Assembly (NCBI GenBank): GCA_050273025.1
Contig: CP158636.1
Span: 12,772,001-12,836,000 of the forward strand
Source of the DNA: Cenococcum geophilum
Taxonomy: Eukaryota
Length of the DNA stretch: 64,000 nucleotides
Direction: 5' to 3'
The stretch's first letter is position 1; each line of letters starts with the position of its first letter. The translations under genes were made by a program, and so were the position numbers. Below the pieces are notes generated by a model that searched no databases, had not been told where the DNA came from, and saw only the letters and a list, made by a program, of their open reading frames with translations. Positions 1 through 13,080 of this stretch are shown here, in pieces.

Positions 1-179
1 GATCTATATTTTCTGCTATAGTTAATAACTAGACAAACCTCGCCTTTACCCCTTTACTTTGTCCTTTATACGTCCTAATATGCTAGATCTAAAAAGGAGC
101 TCTTGCTACACCCGGCCTAAAAAGACCAAAACCAACCAAAAGAACCCTAAAAAACACCTAGAGAATCCCCCTGAGATAT

Positions 180-1820
180 ATGCATCGCAGGGGAGGCACA
201 CGTCGAACGACGGTGGCTCGCACTTGCGCGTGACCGCTAAAACTACGCCTAGCAATGGCCCTCCATAATAAAGACGGGCGAATACCACACCATAAAGCGG
301 AAATACCTCTATTAAGAAGGCATCTAACAAAATATAAAGCTTATTGGACGCGTTTAGTATCTAAAATTGCGGGGGAGTAACCGTTAGCTATAACGAACTA
401 ATACAGCTAGCAGAATGGCTCCGCCAGTCTAGTAAACCTTAGGCGCCCCTCTAGTAAACCCTTAATTAAATCCTCTAACGGCTAAGTAAAATTAAAAATA
501 AGTATAACTCCCCCTTACCGGCGAACCGCACCTAGGCCGCTATAGCTGCGCTTTTACAGCATAGGGAACCTACCCCCCTTAAGTTAACAACTAGGCATAT
601 AATTATAATATAACTAAATATAGAATAAGCAGAGGGGCTTAGGGGATAATTAGAAATAGAAGTCCTTATAGAGATACGTAAAGAGGTCTATAACGCTGTT
701 ATAGTCTAACACCTTAAGAGCGGAGACATTAGAGTTACCCTAAAGGACTAATAGGTAAAGGAACGAGCCATAAGGGCAGGGGATAGGCTAGGAGAATATA
801 TTGGCATAAAAGTACTTTATAAGGATTACCCAGTTAAAGTCCTAGCGGTTCCTATAAGCCTTAGGGTAGAAAAGGGACACTAGGTAGATAACACAGCAAT
901 TATATAGGAGATAGTAAGATAAATGGAACGCCTTATACTAGGACTCGAAATCACCCAAATCTAATAACTTTAATAGGAAAATGCAAACTAAGCATATAAT
1001 GAGAATAATAAGAGGATATAAGGGTCGCTAAAGACTTGCTAGGGAGACGCTGGACGAATATATAGCTCCCTTATTATTAGCACATATATACCAGGAATGC
1101 AAAAACTTCTTATCCAAAAAGGAATAATTATAAATGGCCTTATATATAACATAAGGCTCTATAACCATAGACTACGCCTAGAATAATGCTATTGCTGTAT
1201 ATAATAGGGATACACCTAATCTATATGCGCAGTATAGGTGTGCTGCGGCTACTGTGCAGGCCCCTATAATATAAGATATTACTTAAATTAAGACCAAATA
1301 AAATGCGCAAACTGCCACCGAAGCACATATAAGGCGTGGGAGAGAGAAGACTATATTAAATATAGGAGACGGAAGGCAAGGGCTTAATAGCTGCGGGAAT
1401 AACTACACGCTAGGTTATACAAATGGAAATAATAGGCGATAAGCTAGGGGGACGCAGGCGCCTTCCTAGCGTTTCCTACCTTTAACACTAGAGGGCTAGG
1501 CCAGCCATCCCAAGCCTTAACGGGCCAGAAGCGACGCTATGTGATATTACCAGACTAATTAGGGACATAAGGGTCATAGGGGACATAAGGGAGAGGACGC
1601 CCCGTAGGAAGACCCCTATGGATAGCAACAGTAGGCTTAAAACCAGGATAATTAAGAATTAGACTTAATGCGGTAAATATAACATTCGCAGCCGACCTAT
1701 AAAGGGTATATAGCCGACCAGTAAGAATAGGGGAAGAACCGGTAATAATAATAGATTTAGATATAAAAGCGCTAACAGGAATATAAGACACGGGAATAGA
1801 AAGCTTTATATAAAATAAGT
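180..1820 (+). pseudogene. LINE ORF1 (gag-like, CCHC zinc knuckles)
   Basis: Degenerate knuckles at ~1183-1355 (QCYCC..GH...C; CGYCAGP(H); KCANCHRST(H)KAW) with many RIP stops. Confidence 0.85.
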
Positions 1821-1929
1821 AGTAACTAGGGTATAGATATAAGAGATAAAAGCTCTAAATATCCTAGAGAAAGTGGAAATAGAAGAAGTAAGGAATAAAG
1901 AAGAGTTAAAGGACCCTTACCGGGGGTCC

Positions 1930-4900
1930 GCCACCTATCTATTATATAGTATAACTGCGGCAATATAAACTACCGCCTTATAAGGCCCCTACTAGACAGT
2001 CTAGACCTAGAGAAATATTATATCCTTGCTATATAAGAACCGTATTATAATACCTTTATATAATTAATATACTGCCCCCGAGAATTCTAGCTCCTATATA
2101 AACTAAAAGCAGCTATATACGTGTGCTTTATGATTAGCAAGGCTATTAGCCTATTCTTATAGTTATAGCAGGCAGTTAACCTAGATATTATAGTTATAAC
2201 AATCTAAATATATAGGGGACTGGTATAAATTATTAATGTGTATAACCCTAGGGTTAAAGGGGTCCCATAAATAGAGAATATTATATTAGTAATAAGCTTA
2301 CTGGAAACCGAAGGTATAGAGTCTATCCTACTAGGAGACATAAACCTCTACCACCCGCGGTAGGGGGGTATCCATATTGCTGTAGATTAACAGTTAGAGT
2401 GCCTACTAAGAGCTATAGATATTTAGGGCCTTAAGCTAGCCACCCCCCTAGGAGCAATTACATGGTAATAAGGCACCGCTAGAAGTATAATTGACCTTAT
2501 ATTTATAGACGAAGGCCTATACCAGAGACTTAAAAGGTATAACCCCGAAGAAGAATGGGCACTTACCCTAGACTATATCCCTATCTAGATATAGCTAGAC
2601 CTAGATACCAAAGCGTAACTAAATAGAAAAAGATATGCAATAAGGAAGCTTAAGATAGATAGTTTCCTTAATGCAGTTAAACAACAACTCTAAAACCTAG
2701 AAGAAATCCACCCAATACTAAACGAGCGAGGCTTATTAGCCACCCCTAAGGAAATTAACCGAAGACTAGAAAGGATCTAGGCAGCGATTAAAAATGGGCT
2801 GAAAGAGTACTGCCCGATCTTAAAACCGGGCCCCTATGCGCGATACGCATGGTCTATATAATACGCAGTTCTAATTACCAGCTAATAACGAGTAAAAAGG
2901 AAATATATAAGTAGCTATAACCCTAAAGACGAGAGACAATATAAAGACATAAGAAACTAGCTAAAGAATACCCTAAAAAAAGAAGCAAGGAATAACTGGA
3001 GACGGTTTATAAACGAGCATACTTTTAACCCGAGCCTCCCCCATAATAAGGGCCTTTAGGCTATAGCAAAATGGGTAAAGAAAAAGGTAGGGCGTCTAGC
3101 AGAAGACCTACACCTACTACCCCTATAAAGAGTAGGAGAATTACAGGCTATAAACAATAACGATAAGAAGGTAAAGATCCTTATAGAAAGGTTCTTCCCC
3201 TAACCGGCTCTAGTAAACCTTAGTAATATCATAGGTAAAACACCGGTGACTCGCCTGTGGGTTGATAGCGATATAACAATAAAGGAAATGGCTAGAACTA
3301 TTAGCCGCCTTTTAAATAATATAGCACTAGGACTAAATAGGATTCTAAATAAGGCCCTAAAAACCTGTGGGCCACTTATAGCACCTTGGCTTATAGATAT
3401 AGCCAGAGCATGCTTTACTATAGGCTACTACCCGCGACTCGGAAGATCTATGATGACGGTTATCCTATAAAAAGAAGGTAAAGCAGATTACTTAATCCTA
3501 GGAAGCTACCGCCCTATTGCCTTAGAAAACACCATTAGCAAGATCTTAAAAAGGGTAATAGTGGAACGCATAGCAGATACGGTAGAGGAACAAGCCCTAC
3601 TACTATAAAGCTAAATAGGGGCAAGAAAGAACCGCTTAACACTATTAGCACTTACGCTACTCGCCACCACTATTAAATCTGCATGGGCGATGCGAAAGGA
3701 CTTTATAGTATTAATACTTAGCCTAGATATTAGTAGTGCCTATAATAATATACCCCACGAGCGTCTCCTGCATATTCTTAAGGTAAAGGGCTTCTTAGAA
3801 TAGATTATATAATTTGTTTAAGGGTTTACAGGCTAGAAAGAAATATTACTGGTCTTTAGCGGATACTAGAGCCCCCCCATTATAGTTGCAATAGGAATAC
3901 TACAAGGATCACCCCTCTCGCCTATACTCTTCCTTTTCTTTATAAGCAACCTACTTAACTTCTTTAAGAAAGGGGCGACCTAGGGGATAGGCTTTGTTAA
4001 TAATATAAACCTAATTATATACGGGCTAACAGCCGCAGAGAATTGCAGAATACTAGAGAAAGCCTATGACACTTGTATAAAATGGGCAAAACGTCATGGA
4101 GTCTAATTCTTACTAAAAAAATACCAGCTAATCTATTTTATAAGAAAACGCAACTAATCTGTAGATTTTTAGTATATAATTCGCATTTAAGGCTTTAGGG
4201 GTTAACCAGTTTAGGGCCTAAGGGTATTAGGAGTATAGGTAGACAGTAAGCTCTGGTAGAGCGTATATACGGCGTAAGCGGCCCGTAAAGGCCAAGCACA
4301 GTTTATCGCTTTATTTAGGATTGTTAATTCTATATAGGGTCCATGCTTCTAGAGGTCACGCCTATTATATATAGCAGTCGTCTAGCTAACTATAATATAT
4401 AAATCCAGTATTTGGGCCATTAGAGAAACTAAGAAGGGCCCCCCTAAATTACTCCTTAAACCACTTTAAAAGGTCTAGATAGCCTACCTCTGGAGTATTA
4501 TAGGCGGGTATAAGCGAACGGCCACAGTACTGCTTAAGAAGGAATCCAATATTCCCCCCCTATAGTTATATATTAAAGCCGCTGTAATATAAAGGACGCA
4601 AAATAAACGTAACTCTAATGTTATGAAGTATATTAAGACACGCCTAAGTAAACTATGGAGGGACTTTAGGGTGCCCCGTAGGAGAACAAACTAATAACCC
4701 CAAAGTAGGGAAGAGATATTGGAGAAACAGGTAAAGAAAGCAGAAGAAGAATGGTGCCGCTTTAGGGCCCAGGCCTATATAGAGGAGGAAGGGAGACGCG
4801 CAAGAGGTTAGTAAAGACAGTAAGATAGAGAAAGGAGCTAAAGTAGAACACGTAAGAATGCCGGGAAACCATCTACCGCAATATAATACTGGTTGGACCA

Positions 4901-5380
4901 ACGCTAGAGAGGCGAATGGGAGTCAAAGGTATAGAGGCTAACTTAGGCAAGACGAACCTAAGCTATAGTATAGTTAACGCTATAGGGGGTAAATACCTAA
5001 GGGCTCCAAGAAGGCCTAATAAAGGCAGAAAATATAATAGTAATACTCTTAAGAACAGGAATAATAGGACTAAAAGATTGGCTTTACTAGGTGGGTGTCC
5101 TAGTAGGTAGCCCGAGATGCGAATATAGCTGGCTAAGATAGACACCAAAACACGTAATACTACTATACCCCCTACGCACCAATTAAGAAACAATGCTCTT
5201 AGTAGCTAGCATAGAGAACTATAATACACTGCTCTTAACATAAAAAGGCCTTAAGGCGGTCACCCAGTGGCTTATTAGTTAAAATGTGCTAAATTAGTTC
5301 TGGGTTATAAGGGAAATAGTAATAAAAGGCAAGGGGGCGAGCAGTAGGTGCCCCCTAGTAACTCTACAGTAGTAGAGTAA
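1930..5380 (+). pseudogene. LINE ORF2: apurinic-type endonuclease + reverse transcriptase + C-terminal zinc finger
   Basis: YNC..ILAI(Q)EP; LLGDINLYHP; SYRPIALENTISKILK; LSLDISSAYNNI; GILQGSPLSPILFLFFI; GFVNN (RIPed FVDD, ~3990-4005); LRVLGV.VDSKL; C-terminal RCE(C)SW.R(Q)TPKHVILL(C)P at ~5115-5170. Confidence 0.95.
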
Positions 5381-5658
5381 TAGTTTATAATACTAGCGCG
5401 TCCGTAGGCTTGTTACGGCAGCAGTGGTTCCTAAGGAGGTTAAATAGTAAGGTAGTAGAGCACCATAGGCGACTTATAGGCGCTAAGTAGGCGAGTCCTA
5501 AAAGGCGGGGAGATAGATTACGGGGTTTTCTTATTTTCTTAAATAGAGTTTTCTCCCTATATGTAAATAAGGAGTAGTCCGCGTAGGCCTAATAGAGATC
5601 CAAATCGGACGTTAAGCAATGAATTATTATTATTATTATTATTACCCCTTTACTTTGT

Positions 5659-6300
5659 GACCCTAGCTTTACCTATATTATTAAATAAAGTACTAACTAG
5701 GCCCTCTAAATATGTAATGCCGATGCTTAATAATTTAATATACTTTAGAATATGCTCTAGCTTATTAGAGTTAAACGGCATTACTTTAGTAAATGGCACT
5801 CTAATGCTCTTCTTAAGGTTGCTAAGCCGCTCTTTAAGAGCCTTAAGTGCACGCTATATACGGGGAAATTGGGAATATCTATAACTGGGTAATGTTAATA
5901 TTTAGAAAAGGAAACTACTCTTTGGTGGTAGGGGGAATAATTTAGCAACTAAGCTGTTTAAAGAGGAGGGTGGAAGATTCCCTTATGCTTATTAGTTTAA
6001 GATAGCACTTAGATAGGGTTACTTACCATATATTGCCATTTTGGAGTTTAAATAGGAGGTAATGAACAAATTAAGGGCCGTGGAACCATTGCGTATCTAT
6101 ATTACTTAGTTAGTGATTAGACTAAGCCTTTCTTCCCTAGCTTAGCGATCTCTTAATAAAATATTGCAGCTACGGCCTAGAAGGACCAAAAGCCTATAAT
6201 AATGACTTTAGGCTATATCTGCTAAAAAGCATTTAAAGTAAATGGCAATAGTAGATAGAGCTAAGAAGTCTATAAAAAAAATGATATATATAAGCATGGG
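5659..6300 (-). pseudogene. Hypothetical gene remnant interrupted by the LINE (continues into 1-62)
   Basis: Minus-strand frame RALKALKERLSNLKKSIRVPF...GKARVTK reads across the TSD into RGKGEVCLVINY; no family recognised. Confidence 0.4.
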
Positions 6301-6759
6301 TAAGGTGCCGTTTGGATTTCTATTATAATTTACTAAGATAAATATTTATAAGTTAACGATCTAGCAGAAACCAACGCTTTTATTAAAATTTAGGCGATAT
6401 TAAGTTTATAAGCTTATTAAGGCAATTAAAACGCCGTTAAAATTATATAAGATTTTGGCCTAAGTTGGCTGGATTTTATTACGGCACTAATAGAAAACGG
6501 CAATCTGCGGGGGATGGTAGAAAGTAGTAGACACGTAACTATAGCATGTAATTAGAGGATATATAAAGCCCAATAAGCGGCATAACTATTCTTTTCCTTT
6601 CTTTTCCTTTCTCTAGCTTTGCATCCTTATTGATAGACAATCCAATTATATAGGCTTATATATATCCTACTGCCGTGCTCGTGCCTTAATTGGCTAAGTT
6701 TGTAATATATTTTAGGAAAATATAGAATAAAATAACCCACAAAAATTAAATAAATTAGG

Positions 6760-8200
6760 CGAGGTTAAAGTTTGTTATTAGGTTTGTCTAGATTACTTTA
6801 ATTTTTTATAATATTTACAAATATATTTTAACTTTTAATATAACTACTACAAGGTGTAGGATTATCCGCAAACTTACGAAGAATGCTTGGTATGTGGAAA
6901 TAATAGCATTTAAGCTATTTTTAAGGCTGCTAAAACAACTTAAGAGAACTTCGAACGGGAAATTTAATATTAATGCGAGTTTTATAAGGCTTATTAGTAT
7001 ATCCGTCCTATTAATATCCCAGTATATATTTGGATTTAAGGACGCTTATATATATTATAAGATATGGCTCTTCATATATAGTTATTTGCACGAGACCAGC
7101 AGCCTCTATATAATTTGCTTATGTCCTATCTTTATAGCAAATGACAGCATATAAGAAAATCGCCTTCTACCTAGCGGCATCTAGCTACTATAACTAATAG
7201 CCCTTAAGCAGTTTTACCTTTATTATATTTATGTGGGCCACTGATTTTTAACTATTACCCTTTATCTTACTTAATCCTGCTAGTAAGTATAAACGTTCCT
7301 AGGCGGCCTTAAAACTAATATAAATTACGCTCTTATATTAGATAGTAGTAAGGAGCATAATAAGCTGTATATAGATGCATATTAGTAATATAACTACAGT
7401 AGCAGTATAGTAAACTAGAGGGGATCTAGGAGGGAGACGTACTAATAATGCACAGCCTATTAAGGCAACTACCTCTAATAAGTCTACCTCGCTAGCTATA
7501 GGTACTGGGAATATTATACCTAGGCTGGTTTAGATAGTTATACGCGTGTTATTAGGCATTTAGCTAGTAACCTATATCTCCTATTTAGATGTTATTTTGA
7601 TTTACTAGAACGTAATCTATTTCCTATAGGAATTCGGAATTCTAGGCGTAGCTATAGCCCGGCGGTTTAGGCCGCCAGACTTATAGTTAGCCGCCTACTT
7701 TATCCGTTATAGCCAAAATATCCTAATAGTTATAACTCTGACCTAAAGTCTTACAGAAGCTGCATAGAAATTCCCTACTATATCTCGTTTTAGCTTTCCG
7801 GCAAGTAGTACAGGCTGATCAATATTATAGGGTTTTGGTGGTATTAACGGAAGTTTCTTAATTATTTAAGGTATTATAAGCGGCCCTAGTAACGCTTATA
7901 GAGGCAGAAACTCCGTTATGGTCTAAGGCGGCCGGTAAAATAGATTTCTGGCAAATGTCCGTTACTAAACTTGGGGTTGCTATAGGCGAAATTATAGATT
8001 GAAAAAGCGCTACCGGAATATAGGAAAGTTAGCCTTATTGAAATATTCTTGGTGGCTTTAAAATATTAAGGCTTCGCTAATGTACCTTCCGCTTACCTTA
8101 AGAAACTACACTTATAGCCCGCTATCCTATAATTTATCTAGCTTTATAAGGAAATGTTTTATTCTACTAGCCAGTTAATATATCTCTCTAGCTTAGTTAG
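6760..8200 (-). pseudogene. Zn(II)2Cys6 transcription-factor-like pseudogene
   Basis: SACTTCRKAKTR(C)SREF(P)CSFCKTLGQS(C)NY at ~7727-7818 on the minus strand; upstream GTAAG..GCTAAC..TAG intron at ~8010-8096; outer limits uncertain. Confidence 0.75.
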
Positions 8201-8401
8201 CTATGCCCTAGTGTTACGCCCGGCGCTAAGCTAGGGAAATTATTCTATCTCTAAATCTAGACTCTAAAATCCCGGGTTAGATAACGGGTTAGGCCAATTA
8301 AGGGCTGTAGGAATGTGTAAGGCTAGCGAGCCTAGAAGAAAGGGTAGGGATAGAAACCTTAAAAAGCCTTATAGTCCCTATATAATTATAAAGGAATTAT
8401 A

Positions 8402-8511
8402 AAGAGGGCTAGGGAGGGCTAGGGAGGGCTAGGGAGGGCTAGGGAGGGCTAGGGAGGGCTAGGGAGGACTAGGGAGGACTAGGGAGGACTAGAGAGGGCT
8501 AGGGAGGGCTA
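8402..8511. repeat. Tandem 10-mer (TAGGGAGGGC)n, ~11 copies
   Basis: Directly visible. Confidence 0.97.
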
Positions 8512-8599
8512 AAGTGCCAAGAAGTGCTATATTAAGGAAACTTAAACTTTAAGTCCTACTTATAATCTATAATAGACTATCCTTTAACTATTATATTAG

Positions 8600-9330
8600 T
8601 ATAGGAAATTTAGAGACAATAGCCTTAATATTTTGTTATATAGATTGTTGTATAGTACCTAGAAGCTAACTTAGATAGGCCTAAGACTATACTAAAGAGG
8701 ATTAATATCGTTGACGGAAAGCTTATATTGCGGCCCTAGAAAAATAAGCTAGTACCTTATAGGCAAACAAAGCTCTTATATAGCTTTTAGTGGAGAAGAA
8801 TAGGCGACTAGTTGCCTTATTAGTAGCTAATAGTATCTCTAAGCATAATATAAAAGAATATAAGTTGTAAAGTTTGTACTATTATAACGGAGAGTTGCTA
8901 GTATTAAAGCCAGAGATTAAAGGCGCCGCCCTATAGCCTATATCTAGCACTAACGTAGATACTAATTTAGAGGATGCCGCTAAGCTATAAAGGCTTAGTA
9001 ATACTGCGTCTAGAGCTGTTAGGACTAGGAAATGGTTAAGGGCTAGGTAGGCTTATAACTATTACTAACGCCAAAAGATAAGGTATAACTTTAGTAAAAA
9101 TAGAGCACTATATACCAACTACGTAATACATAAGTTGGATTATACCGTCACCGCCCGCCGTAGGAGGAAACCCGCTATTTGTAGTGAAGATGCTAAAGTT
9201 GGCGAAGTTCCCGTAAACGGAAGTGAAGCTTTAGACGATTTTGTGGAAGGTATAGAGATTACGGTTAAGGTTAATTAAAAATAGCTTAAGACTAATCTAG
9301 CTTAGTAGGCTTAGAAGGAACCCTTATAAA
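8600..9330 (+). pseudogene. bZIP-like plus Zn(II)2Cys6 transcription-factor pseudogene
   Basis: Basic/zipper-like segment R.RKAYIAALEK(Q)ASTL(Q)ANKALI(Q)LLVEKNRRLVALL at ~8700-8845; AR(Q)A(C)NY(C)(Q)RQKIR(C)...(C)TN(C)VIHKLD(C)TV at ~9041-9150. All Cys are read as TAT/TAC (RIP of TGT/TGC). Confidence 0.7.
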
Positions 9331-9949
9331 TAGCGCTTTTAGGGAGGAATATAATACTAATTACTACGTTAGCCTAAAATTAAATGAGATAGGAATTATA
9401 GAACGGAGGGGAGAAGAATGTTCTATAAGGTTAGTACTTACACTATATATTAGGAAGAGCGTTACTTATAGGAACTTTATAGCTACTAAGAGTCCCTAAT
9501 ATAGACATCTTACTATAAAAGCACTTCTCTAGCTCTTAAAATGTTTAAAGGCGAGGACCTACTAGGGCTTTACAGAATGAATCCCGCCTTAAATATTAAT
9601 AATTATAAAATATATTAAATATACGGCTTTGCTGTTTAAGGTAGCGTTACTAGTAGACTTTTAGTATATCCTTCCTATTACTAATACGGGTCGTAGATTA
9701 TACAGCCTTTTATCCTCTAGATATTAACGCACAACCATATTCTGCTTTAAATTCTTTAAACTTTCTTAGGAACGCTCCCTATAGCGGCTAAGAATAAGGG
9801 TTCTTAAAAGGGTTTTTATAGGAGTTAGCGAATATTTAAGCTTGCGAATGATTTTTTAGATAATAACTCTTAATGCCTCCCTTCGCTTCCTTCTTTTTGG
9901 TACAGCCCTTATAGATTTAAAGAGATCTAGTAATCCCTTTAACTTTACA

Positions 9950-11640
9950 TTATGCTATACTCCCCTACCTTAGGCTAGAATAATAGTAGAAAATAAAGTA
10001 AATAAAAACTAACTTATCCTAGCCAGTAAGGCGGAAGAATGACTAGGGTTTTAATTTGCTTGCTTTAATTTCTATATTAAGAGTTGTTATATTAACCCCT
10101 TAGTTCTCCTAACGTATTTATTTATACTTAATATTCGGTTTCTACTCTGCGCTAATATTACCGCTACTTCTTCTACGCCATACTAGATGTTTAGAGGTAA
10201 AAGGAACACCATTAAGGCTAATATAATAACTGTAAGTACAAGATTAACCTAGTCTTAGTTGCATCTACTTATAGTTTTAGTTTAGTAACTTTAGGACCAA
10301 AATATGCCTACTATTGATTATCGCAACATAAGCGCAGCTTAAAAATATTATAGGTCGATTTTTAAATATTAGGGCAACGAATAGACTAGGAAGCGTTATT
10401 ATACCAAAAAGGTTATATAGGCTGAGGATTTTATTCCCTTCTTTATACGGGAATTACAGAACCTCTAGGAATGGGTATTACTTCTAGAAAAGGGAAAATC
10501 CGGTAAAAGCGCTACTAAGGAGCCTAAGAAGCCTAAGGAGCTTAAGGAGCTTAGGGAGCTTAGAGAGCCTAGGGAGTTTAGAAAGCTTAAAAGCGTTAAA
10601 CTCCTATATCCGCTCTATACTGAGGATTTTACTTAGGCGGATAATCTCGCAAGATACCTTAAGAATAAGTATTGATTTAAATGTAATAATTACTGCAAAA
10701 TTTGCAACAGGCAATTTGGAGCGTTAGTAGCATTTGCCTATTACTTAAAGGGCTATTATCCTAGGTTAGTTTAGGAGAATATTGTTAACTAAGGGTCCTA
10801 TAAGTTTAGACCAGGGCTACCTAAGTAATTGCCCTCGTAGCTATATAAAGACATTAATGCAATACCTCTTCTATAGCCTTTTAGCGATACGTTAGATAAA
10901 GCACCTTTAAATTCTCTTGCCGAGCAAATAACGCAGTATTTTTTACACGATGTTTTAGATATATTTAATGCGGCACCCTTTAATATATTTAGTGCGTCGC
11001 CCTTTAATCCTCCTGGGACTTTTAATATATTTAGTGCGGCATCCTTTAATCCTTTAGTGGAGACAATATATTAGCCACTTTTAGGAGATCAAGCTATAAA
11101 TAATACGATACCCACCGGACTTGCTTTAAGTAATAATAATAAAGAGGCATTTATTAAGGACATTATAGTAAGTTAATTAAAGTTCTCTCCCCTATAATGC
11201 TATAGCGTGGATTATTACGCAATTTAGCCTTAGATCTAAGTATTATTAACTAGCTTCTAACATTATCTAATAGCGCTAAAGTAAGTAAATGACGTATTCT
11301 TTTAAGTTAATTCCTGCTTCCTAACCACGGATTAGCACTATCGTTTTTAAACAAATGTATAGCGTTAAGGTGCCGGGTTATACTATATGCTAGTAGATTT
11401 ATATAAATAGAAATTTTGCTATATAAGGGTATTCTATTTAGATTCTAGCTAACTGCACTATAGTAGTCTTAAATTAATTTACTTTATACGCTACTATAAT
11501 AGAGCTTCCCGTTTCTAAATTATATAATCGCTATTATAAGAATAGTCGTTTCCGGCTAGCTCTTTAATTTTATCGCCTACTTAGTGGTTAATCTTTCCGT
11601 GCCTAAAAAACCCTTTACCTAAGTATAAAACCATAACAGC
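9950..11640 (+). pseudogene. C2H2 zinc-finger protein pseudogene (2 fingers)
   Basis: LL(C)PL(C)TEDFT.ADNLAR(H)LKNK(H) followed by CKICNRQFGALVAFAY(H)LKG(HH)P at ~10600-10762; preceded by a 9-bp coding repeat (KEP/KEL/REL). Confidence 0.7.
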
Positions 11641-12812
11641 GTGTATATTAGGAATTGGTTGCTTCTTAAGGTAAGGTTCTAAGTGTAATAACCAGTGATA
11701 ATAAATAAAGCTTAATATTGTTAGTAAATGCGACTCTACGAGGTTTCATATCACATATATATCGCCCCTATTTACTCTTACTTCTACTATCTATCTACTA
11801 TCTACTCCATAAGGAGACCCATTAATCTAAACTATCTACAAAATATCCCGATCTTTACCAAAATAGAAACACCAAGCCCCTATAAGTTCTTTAATTAATA
11901 CTATCTTTTACTATTCTAGATCTTGGCCTATATGTTTACTATAACTAGATTAGACGGGAAAGCAAGCCGTAATAAAAAAATCGTCGTTTTAAGCCAAGAA
12001 AAGTATCGTTCGGACAGCCTAGATAATATTAGTTCTTCTCTAAAAGTCTCTAGAATATGCTTACTTTATTTAAAATAATATCTCTTTTAACATAGTCTAA
12101 GGAGGCTAGGTATTCTAGCGAAGTAGGCTTAATACTTATAGCTCCCTTAAGGACAAGACACCTATCCTTATAAAGAGCTTGTAAAGCCTTATTAAGATTC
12201 ATTTTTAGAAAAAGCTTTTACCCGCCGCGCTTGACGACCTTAATATCTATATGCTTATTAATTGGCCGTATAGCCCTTACTCTAAGGTTATAGTTATTTT
12301 ATTACTCTAAAATTCAAGCTACATAGGGTAGGTTTGGCGGGGTATAATTATCAACTGGATTCGCTAGCACGTGATGCCTAGTAAGATAGATAAATATAAT
12401 ACGCTAAGTCCCATAACAAACCGTTAAATTATAGCAATATCTAATTTAATAATTGGCCCTTAAGGCGTGTAAGCTTATGTTCCCTAAGTCTCCTTAATAA
12501 TATATACTAGATCTTTTAAAGCGGATAAGCCTTATAGCTAACCTCCATTAGATAAGTTTAAGGCTATAATATAAGGCTCTAGTAGCAGAGTCTAGGTAAG
12601 TGCTATAAATGTAAAAAATGGAAATAACTTTTAGTGCTAAGAGGAGAATTATAAACTGGAGGCTCTATTAGACTTAGAGCAACTAAGTATAGGTTAGGTA
12701 GTAAGGCTTAGAGGGAGAAAATGGGTAGGTTTAATTCCTTAGAAAATAACTCAGATTAAATAACAGTGCCCGCCCTCTAATAAAGAATTATATAGAGGTT
12801 CTATAAAGCGGC

Positions 12813-12976
12813 TAGGAGGGCCAAGGAGGGCTAGGGAGGGCTAGGGAGGGTTAGGGAGGGCTAGGGAGGGCTAGGGAGGGCTAGGGAGGACTAGGGAGGG
12901 CTAGGGAGGGCTAAGGAGGGCTAGGGAGGGCTAAGGAGGGCTAAGGAGGGCTAGGGAGGACTAGGGAGGGCTAGGA
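12813..12976. repeat. Tandem 10-mer (TAGGGAGGGC)n, ~16 copies
   Basis: Directly visible; same unit as 8402-8511. Confidence 0.97.
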
Positions 12977-13080
12977 CCCTATAAAGATTAAGGTCCTACT
13001 ACTTTTTCTATTCTTTAACATTAATCGTCTACGCCTTGCCCTATATTTATTACCATAGCTATCTAAACTTCTTTATAAAA

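Larger units (their letters stand above)
63..5644 (+). mobile_element. Full-length Tad1-like LINE (non-LTR retrotransposon), RIP-inactivated
   Basis: TSD CCCCTTTACTTTGT at 49-62 and 5645-5658; (ATT)n 3' tail at ~5623-5644; gag-like ORF1 and APE-RT ORF2 remnants in between. Confidence 0.95.

Noticed and set aside
8402..8511. Telomere remnant or CRISPR-like array
   Set aside because: Unit is a 10-mer, not TTAGGG; no spacers; eukaryotic context
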